DNA of 64,000 bases from Candidatus Latescibacterota bacterium (lineage in GTDB: Bacteria > Latescibacterota > UBA2968 > GCA-2709665). How positions within the stretch are numbered: position 1 is the stretch's first letter; each line of letters opens with the position of its first letter. Location of the stretch: positions 5,536,001 through 5,600,000 of the forward strand of contig OZ252100.1 of NCBI GenBank assembly GCA_965248435.1, given 5' to 3'. The translations under genes were made by a program, and so were the position numbers. The notes under the pieces are model-generated. The model worked only from the letters and a program-made list of their open reading frames with translations. It did no database searches and was not told the DNA's origin. This document shows positions 46,901 through 56,997 of this stretch, in pieces.

Positions 46901-47059
46901 GCTCAAAAAAGTAGTAGTTATTTGTCTTAAGGCCTTCAGCGCACAAGACTATCAAACTTGATATAGCTTCCCCTACCAAGCGAATTAGCTATCCTTGCGC
47001 GCCATTTTTCGTATTCCTCCATGATGCTTCTCGAATGGCACGCTATGTACGTTCGGAAG

Positions 47060-47307
47060 TATTACCCAATTAGGATTCTTTATGTTTGGGTGCAGATTTT
47101 GGTGACCTTTGTCGTCCTCTATGGATTTGTATCTTTTTTTCAGCGGATCACTTTTTTAGCAAGTCTGGTGCGTCCCTATTCTATCCAATTTTGCTCTTTG
47201 ATCCTGTCTTACAGTACGCAACTCCTGGTGTGGGTCTTGTGGCATTCTCGTTTTCCTACAGACTGAGGACGTTTGGCCTTACTTGTTACCAAAGTACCGG
47301 TTCATAG
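47060..47307 (+). pseudogene. Frameshifted relic of the ABC permease C-terminus (paralog of about 43900-44149)
   Basis: YYPI...WVQILVTF, then DHFFSKSG...FDPVLQYATP...YQSTGS*. Confidence 0.88.
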
Positions 47308-47316
47308 ATTCCTGTC

Positions 47317-50300
47317 GTGAGAGAAAGAGCCTCGTTGTTGCCTCGCATCTCCGTGACCCGTCCAGTGGCGGTCACCGTGTGCCTGGTGGCCCTGCTGGCG
47401 ATGGGCCTCGTTTCTTACGTCCGCGTTTCGCTGCAGGCGTTCGCCACTGGTCTGGATCACCCCCAGATCTGGGTTAGCGTTTCTACCCAACAAGACACTT
47501 CACCACATGAAAAGGATGAAGAGATCGGTCGACCCATGGTGGAACACTTTCGGACCCTGAAGGACCTCCGGGAGTTCTGGGTGACAAGTGGAGTTTATAG
47601 TACCTACGCTGGATTGCACTTCCGAAAAGGTGTCGATATGTCGGAGGTCTATAACAGGGTAGCTGAGCGGGTAGAGCGACTAAGGCTGGCGTTACCAGAG
47701 GAGTTCCAAGATAAGATTCACATCTGGAAGTACAATTCCGATAGCGACGAGCAGATCCTCTGGACTGCTGTTGCTCTGCCTCCGCATGTCCGCGATCCAT
47801 ATGAGGCTATGCAGTCTCTGGTGAAGACTCGGTTAGAGCGGCTCGATGGTGTGGCTAATGTAGACATCCGGGGAGTCTCTCAGAAGATGCTCTTCATCGA
47901 GGTGGACCAGGAGCGACTCCAGACCCGGAGTGTGAGCGCCTACGAACTTGTGAATACGCTTCGGAGTGACAACTTTCAGATGTCTGGCGGCTACGTGCAC
48001 GAAGGTGGAAGAAAGTTCTATGTCAGGTCGCTGGCACGCTATGGCAGCCTTGATGAGTTGAGAAACATCCCCCTCAACACCAGTGATAATGTGGTGAGAT
48101 TAGCGGAGGTAGCCGATGTCTTCTTCAAAGTTCCACTACGTTACTGGAGACAGCGGATCGACGGCCTACCTGCTGTTGCACTCGGTGTCTTCCGGGAACG
48201 GGGTGCCAACATCGTGGAGGTGTGTGATCTCGTCCAAGCCGAGTTGACGAAGATCCAGGCCGAAACAGATTTCAAGTTCAATACCTTTTTCAGTCAGGGA
48301 AAACTTATCAAGGAGTCGGTGCAAAATCTGCAAAAGACGGCATTTTGGGGCGGCCTTTTCGCAGCCCTTGTACTCCTGTTTTTCCTTCGCAGCGCACGAA
48401 TGACGGCGTTGATAACGTTGACCATTCCGGTATGTGTAATGATCGCAGTGACGGTTCTGTATTTTATGGGTTGGTCCCTGAATCTGCTGACGATGGTGGG
48501 GTTGATGGTTGGAGTGGGGATGGTGGTTGACAACGCGATCGTGATCGTGGAAAACATCCATCGGGTTCGGGCAAAGGGGGAGGATCCGCATGAGGCGTCG
48601 ATCCACGGTGCGGGCGAGGTGGCACTGGCGATCACCATGGCCACGCTAACGACCGTAGTGGTCTTCCTGCCGTTGATGGTGATGAACGGAGATGCAGATC
48701 TCTCATTCTTCCTGTCCAAAATAGGGGTACCGATTGTGGTCGTGCTACTCGGGTCCCTTTTTGTGGCTTTGATCTTCGTCCCATTGGCTGCCAAGAGGTT
48801 TGGTGGGTCGCCGGCAAAGGTAGAACCAAAATCGATCCGCTGGACTCGAGAGGGGTATGCGAGAGGACTCGCCTGGACACTCACCCATCGGCGCGACACC
48901 ATTTTGATCATTACAACCCTCTTTGCCACGATACTCTATCCGATCGAAATGGTCAAAAAGTCGGATTCATGGCGCGGGATTGTCAATAGTGTCCGCATTG
49001 TGGTTTACCCCCCGAAGTTTCTAACGTGGGAGGAACTCAGCGACATCGGGACAGTGATGGAGGACTTCCTGGAAAGCAGAAGAGAGCTCTATGGCATTCG
49101 GAACGTACATCTCAGCTATCGAAGAACGGGTAAGGGGCGTCTGTTCTTCAATGTGGTTCTGGAGGAGGAAGAAAACCGGCAGTGGTGGTATCAGGCATAC
49201 AGAGGCCTCAGAAAAGGGATCGGCAATCCGCTGGACAGTCGTATGGATCGAAAGGCCGTTATCGAAGATATGAACAAGACCGTGCCCAGGTTTGTTGGAC
49301 ACGATGTGGTCGTCGAGTCTGGGAGCATCGGCGATTCCTATGTACATATTGCTATGTGGGGGGACGACCTTGAAACGCTGGCAGATCTGCGAAGCCAGGC
49401 CGAGCTTCGGGTCAAGACTCTTCCTTCAGTCACCGGAATAACCAGCGATGTTGAGCGAGGAGATGACGAGGTCCAGGTGTTCCTAAAGCGCGAAAGAATG
49501 AGCAGATACGGGATCTCTCCTCAGATCGCAGCGCGAAGCATCGCATATCAACTTGCCGGGGTAGACCTTCCCCGCTATAGATCAGATGAGCGAGAGGTGG
49601 ATGTATGGCTGGCTCTCGGCAACGAGGACCGACGAACCCTTAACCAACTGAAGGGCTTCACCTTCCAGTCGGAATCGGGCGAGAAGATTGCCCTCTCAGC
49701 ATTCGCGTCTTTCAAAGTGAGAAAGGGGGACATGACTGTCAGGCGACGGGGCGGAAAGATTCGACTGCTGTTGAAGATGTATACGACTAAGGACGATTTG
49801 AAGGGTTTCTACGAAGAGATTGACCGCGTGATGGAAGGCTTGAAGATGCCGCAGGGCTACTCGTGGGACAAAGGGGAAAGATACGAAAGGTTCAAGGAGT
49901 CAGAAGAGATGATGAAGTTTGCAGTCATCATGGCCGTCACCTGTGTGTTCTTTCTGATGGGGGTACTCTTCGAGTCCCTGATTCTGCCGTTTTCCGTCCT
50001 TATCTGCATCCCGTTCGCTTTTCTGGGGGTTTACTGGACGCTTTGTCTTACGGATACAGTGATGGACCGGATGGCCCAGGTCGGGGTCATCGTGCTGATC
50101 GGCGTGGTGGTGAATAACGCGATCGTGCTGGTGGATATGATCAACCGACTGAGGATTGAGGGCAAGGATCGGATGGAGGCGATCCTGGATGCGTGCACCC
50201 ACCGGTTCCGACCGATTCTGATGACGACCTTTACGACGGTGTTCGGGCTGATGCCGATGTCGCTGGCCTCGAACACGCTGATGGGCGTCCCGTACTCTTC

Positions 50301-50475
50301 GATGGGCAGGGCGATGATGGGGGGACAGCTCTGCGCGATGCTCCTGACGCTGTTCGTGGTGCCACTCTTCTACACTTACTTCGACGATCTGCGAATGGCC
50401 TTGCGTCGGATCGTGGTCGTAGCCCTATCACAGCCCAGAGGCGCTTCTTATTGGGCGGCTCACGCTGGAGATTAA
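47317..50475 (+). CDS. AcrB/AcrD/AcrF-family RND permease
   Basis: 1052 aa; RPV, GMVVDNAIVIVENI, GVVVNNAIVLVD, RFRPILMT. Confidence 0.95.
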   Translation: MRERASLLPRISVTRPVAVTVCLVALLAMGLVSYVRVSLQAFATGLDHPQIWVSVSTQQDTSPHEKDEEIGRPMVEHFRTLKDLREFWVTSGVYSTYAGLHFRKGVDMSEVYNRVAERVERLRLALPEEFQDKIHIWKYNSDSDEQILWTAVALPPHVRDPYEAMQSLVKTRLERLDGVANVDIRGVSQKMLFIEVDQERLQTRSVSAYELVNTLRSDNFQMSGGYVHEGGRKFYVRSLARYGSLDELRNIPLNTSDNVVRLAEVADVFFKVPLRYWRQRIDGLPAVALGVFRERGANIVEVCDLVQAELTKIQAETDFKFNTFFSQGKLIKESVQNLQKTAFWGGLFAALVLLFFLRSARMTALITLTIPVCVMIAVTVLYFMGWSLNLLTMVGLMVGVGMVVDNAIVIVENIHRVRAKGEDPHEASIHGAGEVALAITMATLTTVVVFLPLMVMNGDADLSFFLSKIGVPIVVVLLGSLFVALIFVPLAAKRFGGSPAKVEPKSIRWTREGYARGLAWTLTHRRDTILIITTLFATILYPIEMVKKSDSWRGIVNSVRIVVYPPKFLTWEELSDIGTVMEDFLESRRELYGIRNVHLSYRRTGKGRLFFNVVLEEEENRQWWYQAYRGLRKGIGNPLDSRMDRKAVIEDMNKTVPRFVGHDVVVESGSIGDSYVHIAMWGDDLETLADLRSQAELRVKTLPSVTGITSDVERGDDEVQVFLKRERMSRYGISPQIAARSIAYQLAGVDLPRYRSDEREVDVWLALGNEDRRTLNQLKGFTFQSESGEKIALSAFASFKVRKGDMTVRRRGGKIRLLLKMYTTKDDLKGFYEEIDRVMEGLKMPQGYSWDKGERYERFKESEEMMKFAVIMAVTCVFFLMGVLFESLILPFSVLICIPFAFLGVYWTLCLTDTVMDRMAQVGVIVLIGVVVNNAIVLVDMINRLRIEGKDRMEAILDACTHRFRPILMTTFTTVFGLMPMSLASNTLMGVPYSSMGRAMMGGQLCAMLLTLFVVPLFYTYFDDLRMALRRIVVVALSQPRGASYWAAHAGD

Positions 50476-50585
50476 ACACGATTTTTCTATTAAGCTAGAC
50501 GGCATGTCAATCCCGAGCTGTAACCCCAAATGTAACATCAGGCAAATCCCAGAACGCCCGCTTTCAGGCAGTACCCCCATGCATA

Positions 50586-50614
50586 AAGGCCCACGCATCT
50601 GCTGCGTAAGCCTT
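50586..50614 (-). terminator. Hairpin downstream of the tRNA-Val fragment
   Basis: AAGGCTTACGCA-GCAGA-TGCGTGGGCCTT followed by TAT; weak U-tract. Confidence 0.45.
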
Positions 50615-50633
50615 TCGTTTTGTCGGCTTGTCT

Positions 50634-50685
50634 TAGCGGGCGATACTGGACTCGAACCAGTGACCTCCCGCTTGTAAGGCAGGCG
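50634..50685 (-). mobile_element. tRNA-Val(TAC) 3' fragment, att core
   Basis: CGCCTGCCTTACAAGCGGGAGGTCACTGGTTCGAGTCCAGTATCGCCCGCTA: anticodon arm (TAC), T-arm and decayed acceptor end; no D-arm or 5' strand. Confidence 0.85.
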
Positions 50686-50830
50686 TTGATCGTCTGTAGA
50701 CAATCAATTTTCGGCAGTGTAACACACACTGTAACATCCTGGGATGCTCGTGGGCTGATGGGGTTCAACCGAACACTGTGCGCAATCCGAAGCGAGAGGT
50801 CAGACAGCGGCTCGCGCACCGGGATCTAAG

Positions 50831-51210
50831 CTAAGCAGCGGCGGAGTCCTTTGTCACCACGGTCAGCTTGAGACCAGGCTGTTTCAGAATGGCGGCCAGA
50901 CTCGCGAACTGAGGATTCCCTGTTCGGAAAGCATTCGATACATGAACTCCCGATTCAGGCGCAACATTACGAGCGACAGTAGGAAAAGCCCTTCTCCGGT
51001 CTTCCTCCAGTGCGGCTCTGGTATTCTGCCGCTTCTGCTGGATTTTGAAGCGCCTTCAGATACTCAGGTCTGCAGAGTCTGGACGGCTTACTTAGGTCTC
51101 TCGGCTCCTGAAGTCCGCCCAAGAGCCTCGGGCTTGACTTATGTCCCATTGTTGGCTTGCCATTCCACCCGTCAGGAGCACCACGATCCGGTGCTCGATA
51201 TCACCTCCAC
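50831..51210 (-). pseudogene. Decayed addiction-module killer/antidote (HigB/HigA-like) pair
   Basis: RIVVLLTGGMASQQWDISQARGSWADFRSRET*, then LKALQNPAEAAEY...LNREFMYRML...GNPQFASLAAIL...GLKLTV across frameshifts. Confidence 0.7.
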
Positions 51211-51594
51211 CGCTATGTCGCCGGCAGGCTACCTTGATGGAGTGGGCCTGATGTCACGCCCTCCGCCGATCGCGCCCCCACGTCCTCACCTCAGACTGAA
51301 TTCGCCTACGGCGTCTGACGGCACCTTGTCCAGACCACGTGACCACCTGTGCGCCCCCGTATCACGGACTGCAGCTTGAGGCACCATCCCTGCGACACCA
51401 CCCCGCCCCTCAAATTGCTGCACTCACCACGCATAGCTCCTTCCCGAGAGCCCGTCGAACTCTCCCGCATCAACCAACCCAGGCAAATGTGCCCTGATTG
51501 TCCCTTGCCTCGGCCGGGCACATCCCATATATTTTTCCTATCCACAAACAACTACGTAAGGGGGCCTTCGAGCCTCCAGAAGGGAGACTTTCCG

Positions 51595-52893
51595 ATGGAC
51601 GTTCTTCTGATCGAGCCAGCAATCTACGGCCCAGCGAGCTATGAGCAGCGGGCGGATGAACGCCGAGTCGAAGAGGATGCAGACTCGATCTCCACGCTTA
51701 GGTTGACCCTGCCCTTGCTGGCGGCACTCATGCCGTCCGACGTGGAGGTCACGCTCGCGTACGACATCTGCGAGAACATCCAACAGGACTACGACTTGGC
51801 GTCCTTCGACTTGGTGGGCATCACCTGCACCCGGCACAGCGGACAGATGGCTCGTGCGGTGCTGTTGGCGGAAACGCTGAGCAAACTGGGGGTCAGAAGT
51901 GTTGTGGGCGGTCCGGTGACGGTCGAAAACAACCACCACTATGTGTCTGTCCTGTCGCGTTCCTTCGACGCGGTGGTCATTGGCGATGCCGAACCCCAGT
52001 TACCGTCCTTGCTGGAGGACGCTCGCCAGGACACCTTGAAGAAGCTCTACCACGAGGAGGACTTTCCACGCTTCGAGGGAATTCCTGTTCCCCGTTTTGA
52101 CCTCGTGAACCTGGACCTGTTCACCGAACCCCACGTGTTTCCCGCCCAGACCGCGCGGGGGTGCCCGCGCAAGTGTACCTTTTGCAGCGAATTCATGTAT
52201 GGATCGTGGCGGCTGCGACCGGTGGACGAAGTCATCGAGGAACTCCAGGTCTACAAATCTCGATACGGAGTCGAGTTTATCGTTTTCCGGGACGATGATT
52301 TCCTCGTCTATCCAAAGCACTCCCGAGAGCTGCTCACGAAAATGCTCCCCTTGGGTCTGGAGTGGACCTGCCAGACGGATCTGCATCTGACACGGCATCC
52401 TGACATCGCGGAATTGGCCGTCGACGCGGGCATGCGGGCGGTTTGTTTCGGTTTGGAGAGCATTCGGGAATCCAACCGCAAGGACATCGGCAAGGGCTTC
52501 TTCACCCTCGCTGGGGTGAAAGAGCTTCTCCACATGCTCAACGGACGTGGCGTGGAGACCCAGATCAACATCATTTTCGGCCTGGACCACGACACCCCGG
52601 ACATCTTTGACGATACAGTTGACTTTCTCCTGGAACACCGGATCAGCACCTTCTACGGCAACATCCTTTCTCCGGAGCCGGGTACCACCCTGTACGAGCG
52701 GCTCCAGGTCGAGGGACGCATGCTCGACCTCCCGCCGCTGGAAGTTGAAGAGCCCGCCAACCTGAATTATGTGCCCAAAGGCCTCAGCCCCGAAGAGCTC
52801 GTAAACGGCACCAGGTCCGCACGCGATCGCTTTCACGCGGAGCGGAGCCCGGACCAGAACTTCTGGCTTGGGATCGAAAAAACCCTCTACTGA
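51595..52893 (+). CDS. B12-binding radical SAM protein
   Basis: RBS GGGAGA; DLVGIT, VVGGP, VVIGDAE B12 domain; RGCPRKCTFC; FGLES. Confidence 0.9.
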   Translation: MDVLLIEPAIYGPASYEQRADERRVEEDADSISTLRLTLPLLAALMPSDVEVTLAYDICENIQQDYDLASFDLVGITCTRHSGQMARAVLLAETLSKLGVRSVVGGPVTVENNHHYVSVLSRSFDAVVIGDAEPQLPSLLEDARQDTLKKLYHEEDFPRFEGIPVPRFDLVNLDLFTEPHVFPAQTARGCPRKCTFCSEFMYGSWRLRPVDEVIEELQVYKSRYGVEFIVFRDDDFLVYPKHSRELLTKMLPLGLEWTCQTDLHLTRHPDIAELAVDAGMRAVCFGLESIRESNRKDIGKGFFTLAGVKELLHMLNGRGVETQINIIFGLDHDTPDIFDDTVDFLLEHRISTFYGNILSPEPGTTLYERLQVEGRMLDLPPLEVEEPANLNYVPKGLSPEELVNGTRSARDRFHAERSPDQNFWLGIEKTLY

Positions 52894-53292
52894 CCGTGGA
52901 GCCTCCCGGCCCAGAGCGCATTCGCGGTTGCCGGTTTGCCCCTGCCTGTCCAGCTCCCGGTGCCGACGCCATTTCCAGTGGCATGAGCGCCTTCTCTAAC
53001 GCGCCGTGCACCCGAGAGCGGACACCATTTGTGTCGATTTTGCCACCTCCTGCAAAGGGCAGAACCGTCAGTGCTGGACTCACCCCAGGAGCCGTCGTGG
53101 AGTGCAAGGCCGGCGCTCGGTTGCGGAAAGAATCGATCATTGGCCTTGTAGAGCCCTCCCCAGTTGAGCGGTCGGTGGTCGGACCGTTTGTTCAGGTCGA
53201 CATGCCAAAGTCCAACGAGCTGGACGTCCCTACGGTCGGGGTCCTCGCCGAAATCGGTCTGGATGTTCGCGCGCGTCGCTGCGCTCATTCAG

Positions 53293-54117
53293 TTAATGCG
53301 GTTTACGTTCGAGATATTCATGTATTCTCTCATATGCAACAGGACTTAGTCTGTTGGCGTTGACCAATCCTTTAAGAGCTCCATTGTTGAGAAGTTTCTC
53401 AATCGCTTCGCCAGTTTTCAATTTTCCGTAATTCCATCTTCTAAGTGCCGGTCCATACTTCTTGGCGAGATGGTCAGCGAGGTTTCTCAGCAAGAGAGAA
53501 CTATCTTTGCACTTGGCTTCGATTTCCACTTCGTAAAGGCAGATTTCTCGCTGCTCAAAATGGTAGACTACAGAATCGATCGCCAATTCGGCGCGTGTCA
53601 GCCACCATTTATCCCCAGTAATAACAACGCTTCGAACCCTTCTAAAATTCTCACGATGCTGGACAACTTTGAATCCCAAGCAGGTCAAAACCTCCAAAGG
53701 ATTGCCGTAACCATAGCTCTGGTAAGGTAATTGAATGTCAATATTTCTGTTGGCTAGTTCACTAATGAGGCCTTTCAATGTCGCTTTAGACCAGATTTCT
53801 TCCACTTCAAAGCGTTCCCCAATTCCCCAATTGTTCACACGACGAGGGCCCTTTAGAGTTATACGATATCTTTCCCCAGTTTTCCTAAGTCGAAGATTCA
53901 GTTCTTGTGTTTGTAGCGCTCGTGCTGATGTGTCGAGGTAGAAATCATGTATCCGGATGATTTCCTTTGGGAGAAGCTGATAGTCTCCAATCCTGGTTAG
54001 GCTTGCGAGTTCACGGATAATCCGTTCGGGATTGTCTGCCCAGACAATCAGTGTCACTTCTATCTCTTGTATTTTCCTTTTCACGAGTACAATCTCATGT
54101 AGGCTTCTGCCTTGCAT
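53293..54117 (-). CDS. CYTH-domain protein
   Basis: EIEVTL, DFYLDT, LRLRK, ITLKGP, ERFEVE, AELAID, YEVEIE. Confidence 0.85.
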   Translation of the reverse strand: MQGRSLHEIVLVKRKIQEIEVTLIVWADNPERIIRELASLTRIGDYQLLPKEIIRIHDFYLDTSARALQTQELNLRLRKTGERYRITLKGPRRVNNWGIGERFEVEEIWSKATLKGLISELANRNIDIQLPYQSYGYGNPLEVLTCLGFKVVQHRENFRRVRSVVITGDKWWLTRAELAIDSVVYHFEQREICLYEVEIEAKCKDSSLLLRNLADHLAKKYGPALRRWNYGKLKTGEAIEKLLNNGALKGLVNANRLSPVAYERIHEYLERKPH

Positions 54118-54540
54118 TCGAATTGGTTTTATTCGTCGGCATCAACCGCTCTGGAGGAAACATCTTCAGGCTGAATGGAGTGCGTAACCGTTATCTTCCG
54201 AAGGGCCGTTCGCCGATCCTCCAGGTCGGTGTTCAAAAAGCAGAACCAGGAATAGAAACATGCATTGAAAGCGGTTTGTTTCAGCCTCAAGGATCGCCTC
54301 AATCCTCTGGAGTAAATTCCGGAATACATGCATGCGAAAGTGGTTGATGGGAGGATATGATACTTCGAGTGCGAGCGAAGAAGAAAGACAGGAAGAGCGA
54401 AGGATGGTTGAAGGAATGAGTCAAACAGAGGATGCTCGTGGAGTGAGTGAGATTCTGATGATGAGATGCCGGAATCTTGAGAAGGGCGAAGAAATCAATT
54501 TGGCCCTGTTCCGATCCCCTACACCTGAAAGAGCTGGAGA

Positions 54541-54981
54541 CAGAAGTTCAGTCCAATTCGCTATCTGGACCCTGATAGCGAATCTGATGAATTTTCTTTA
54601 GCCTGGATTTCTCGCCCCATTTACCAGACTCGGAAAAGTGGAGCAGCAATCATCAAAATTGGTAAGCCGACGGATTCACAGATTCAGCTCCCTATTATCA
54701 AGAATCCCATCAAACGAGCAATGGCGTATCAGGAGCTATTGGACAAAGGTGTTGTGAATTCCCACACAGAATTAGCTGAACATCTGGGATTGGTTAGGTC
54801 AAGAGTATCAACTGTGCTTAATTTGTTGAATTTGGATCAAGAAATCAAGGATTACCTGCTTGAGTTGGATGAATCTGACCCAAAAATAGGGGTGTTGAAT
54901 GAAAGGAAGTTGAGACCATTAGCCCTCTTGGGAAAGGTGGAAGAACAGAAAGAGATATTCTGGAGGATTGTTAAGAGATAG
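54541..54981 (+). CDS. ParB-like HTH protein typical of island borders (start uncertain; ATG 54721)
   Basis: AMAYQELLDKGVVNSHTELAEHLGLVRSRVSTVLNLLNLDQEI; frame open at least from 54541. Confidence 0.6.
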   Translation, partial: QKFSPIRYLDPDSESDEFSLAWISRPIYQTRKSGAAIIKIGKPTDSQIQLPIIKNPIKRAMAYQELLDKGVVNSHTELAEHLGLVRSRVSTVLNLLNLDQEIKDYLLELDESDPKIGVLNERKLRPLALLGKVEEQKEIFWRIVKR

Positions 54982-54988
54982 AGTAGAG

Positions 54989-56053
54989 CTATGTATTTGA
55001 GATTTGATTTTGTTTGCAAGAAGCCCGTAATTCCTCTATGCAAATCCTAACTGTGCTAACTGCAATATTTGCCTGTTCATCAGTTATCGCTTGTTGATCT
55101 CGCAACTGTTTTGCTGGGTGGACCAAATTCCGCCACTCCCGAAGGACGTGACTAAGGGAAACAGTATTCTCTTCCAAGTAGCCCAATTTCCTGGCAACTT
55201 CAACTAAGTTATAAAGACTCCATTCTATGTTCTTTTTGTTGCCCCTCTTTAATTCCTGATAGCCCTCCCCTGCTTGTTCCTCAACCCTTTGCAGAACATC
55301 CAAAAGCATCCCTTCTAGGACGCCTCCACACAAGATAACGCAACTTTTCCTTCCTTTCACCTTGTGCACTTCCTGAACTTCCGCCCAATCCATCGCCAGA
55401 AGTTCCTTCAAAGAATCATTAGAAATGAAATCGAACTCGCTGACTATACGCTTGGCTTCGTTAAGTTTGTAGAAATATTTGTCTTTCTCTAGAACCGGAT
55501 AGCTTGGATCATAATATTGGGTGGCCTCTTCCCGAATATATTTTCGGACAGCATCCTCATCTAAATAGTCCGCTATTTCTTCAGGCAATCTTGCGCACCA
55601 CGCGACTTTATTACATCCTCCATCCCAGCGGCTGAGATCAATGGCAAGGCACAAGAGATAGGACTGATCTGGAGACAACCTAAGGTCTTTTTCTATCTCT
55701 TTCCCCTCCAAGGTTTCGATTTGAGGATTTTTGTGGAGACGTTCTCTAGCGTAGCTTAGATAGTCAACCAAAAGAGACTCTGCCTCTTCACCCTGCTCAG
55801 TAAGCAAAGCTCCTAGAAATGAGAGTTGGTATCGTCTGTGATTGGAGCGGACTGCATCATAAAGTATGTGACCACTCATCGTCTTTATTATGGAAAGCGT
55901 TCTCTTGAGTGAGCGAAAAAGGAGGTCAAGTTCTCTGCACCGAATCCATTCTTCCTCTTCTGAATAATTTTCGTAATAGCGTCTCCATACAGCATCAATT
56001 ATTTGCTGTTGATTATTGGTAAGGGAGCGTCTGATGTCGTCTAAATTAGGCAT
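54989..56053 (-). CDS. Hypothetical protein with C-terminal HEPN (DUF4145-like) domain
   Basis: SCVILCGGVLEGML and RNLVHP (R-x3-H, close to the HEPN Rx4-6H pattern). Confidence 0.7.
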   Translation of the reverse strand: MPNLDDIRRSLTNNQQQIIDAVWRRYYENYSEEEEWIRCRELDLLFRSLKRTLSIIKTMSGHILYDAVRSNHRRYQLSFLGALLTEQGEEAESLLVDYLSYARERLHKNPQIETLEGKEIEKDLRLSPDQSYLLCLAIDLSRWDGGCNKVAWCARLPEEIADYLDEDAVRKYIREEATQYYDPSYPVLEKDKYFYKLNEAKRIVSEFDFISNDSLKELLAMDWAEVQEVHKVKGRKSCVILCGGVLEGMLLDVLQRVEEQAGEGYQELKRGNKKNIEWSLYNLVEVARKLGYLEENTVSLSHVLREWRNLVHPAKQLRDQQAITDEQANIAVSTVRICIEELRASCKQNQISNT

Positions 56054-56065
56054 TTTGCAAGTAGC

Positions 56066-56563
56066 CTAGGTGAAATCTAAGAGAAGATTAGCTTGCTTAG
56101 ATTTGAACTCTCCAGCATTGGAATGGATATTAACTTCAACCTCACAAGTTCCGGGTGAAATGTCAACTGTGTTGAGCTCAATTCTAAGATCGTTCTTCTC
56201 CCTAGCTAGAAAGGACAAGTCAGTATGTCTGATAAGGTAGTAGCTCCTATCTGGCACTCTATAGTGAATTGTCTTTCCAGGGAATACACCAAGAGCCCTA
56301 TCTGATCCTGAAAGGGCAAGAGGATTCAGGAATCGCATCTCAATGATAATACCAGTTAATGTTACCTTCTTGAGATTCTCAAACCTTAGAAAAATGGGCT
56401 TTTGGTTATGGCCACTAGAAATGGGAATTCTATCAACAATTTGATTATTGTAAAGGAATCCGAATCTAATTGGAACTTGGGTCTTAAACCAATCAGTTAT
56501 CTGGGCCAGGAACGATAGTATCACCACAATGAGGGTCAAAGCTGTAATGATTACAATATCCAT
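56066..56563 (-). CDS. Hypothetical membrane-anchored beta-sandwich protein
   Basis: RBS GAGGTG; N-terminal TM. Confidence 0.7.
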   Translation of the reverse strand: MDIVIITALTLIVVILSFLAQITDWFKTQVPIRFGFLYNNQIVDRIPISSGHNQKPIFLRFENLKKVTLTGIIIEMRFLNPLALSGSDRALGVFPGKTIHYRVPDRSYYLIRHTDLSFLAREKNDLRIELNTVDISPGTCEVEVNIHSNAGEFKSKQANLLLDFT

Positions 56564-56757
56564 AGCCACCTCAATCTCCTTTAACAATAGAAGTTCCGTT
56601 GGCTCCTTGCGTATAGCCAATATTGGCCTCTAAATAATGATTCGCAAGTGTAAGTCAGAAAGCAAGGTCTTTCTAAGAGATGGAATCTCAACTTGTGAAA
56701 CCCCCTTCCAATGGATTGAAGACCCCTTTCAATTCTAAATCCTATATTCCAAAAAAA

Positions 56758-56776
56758 TGCCTATATATTATAGGCA
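56758..56776. promoter_or_regulatory. Palindromic operator candidate in a divergent intergenic region
   Basis: TGCCTATA-TAT-TATAGGCA. Confidence 0.45.
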
Positions 56777-56823
56777 CTATTTTCAGGCGCCTGTTTTGCT
56801 CCTTCCTTGGAGAGGGGTGTCCG

Positions 56824-56997
56824 ATGAATCCAGAGGAAATCTTGAGAGAACAGCTATTGTCAGATATGGAAAAACTGCACAGTCTTATTCTTAGGTATGC
56901 TGCTGGTAAAAGGAAAGTGAAACAGGAGAGAATTATTCTTGAAGAGGGGGTTGAGGTTAAGATGGCATTACTTTTGGGAATGAGAGAGAAATGTTGA
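56824..56997 (+). CDS. Small hypothetical protein
   Basis: RBS GAGGGG, ATG 56824; overlaps the next gene's start. Confidence 0.45.
   Translation: MNPEEILREQLLSDMEKLHSLILRYAAGKRKVKQERIILEEGVEVKMALLLGMREKC

Larger units (their letters stand above)
50519..50736. repeat. Integrase arm-type direct-repeat pairs on both sides of the tRNA fragment
   Basis: TGTAAC at 50519 and 50531, and again at 50718 and 50730; both pairs have a 12-bp period and the same orientation. Confidence 0.65.

Noticed and set aside
51349-51594. 82-aa N-terminal extension of the radical SAM protein
   Set aside because: Pro-rich, non-domain sequence; RBS and a family-typical start at 51595.
52784-53363. Overlapping ORFs between the radical SAM and CYTH genes
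   Set aside because: Possibly a frameshifted minus-strand gene remnant, but no family could be recognised.
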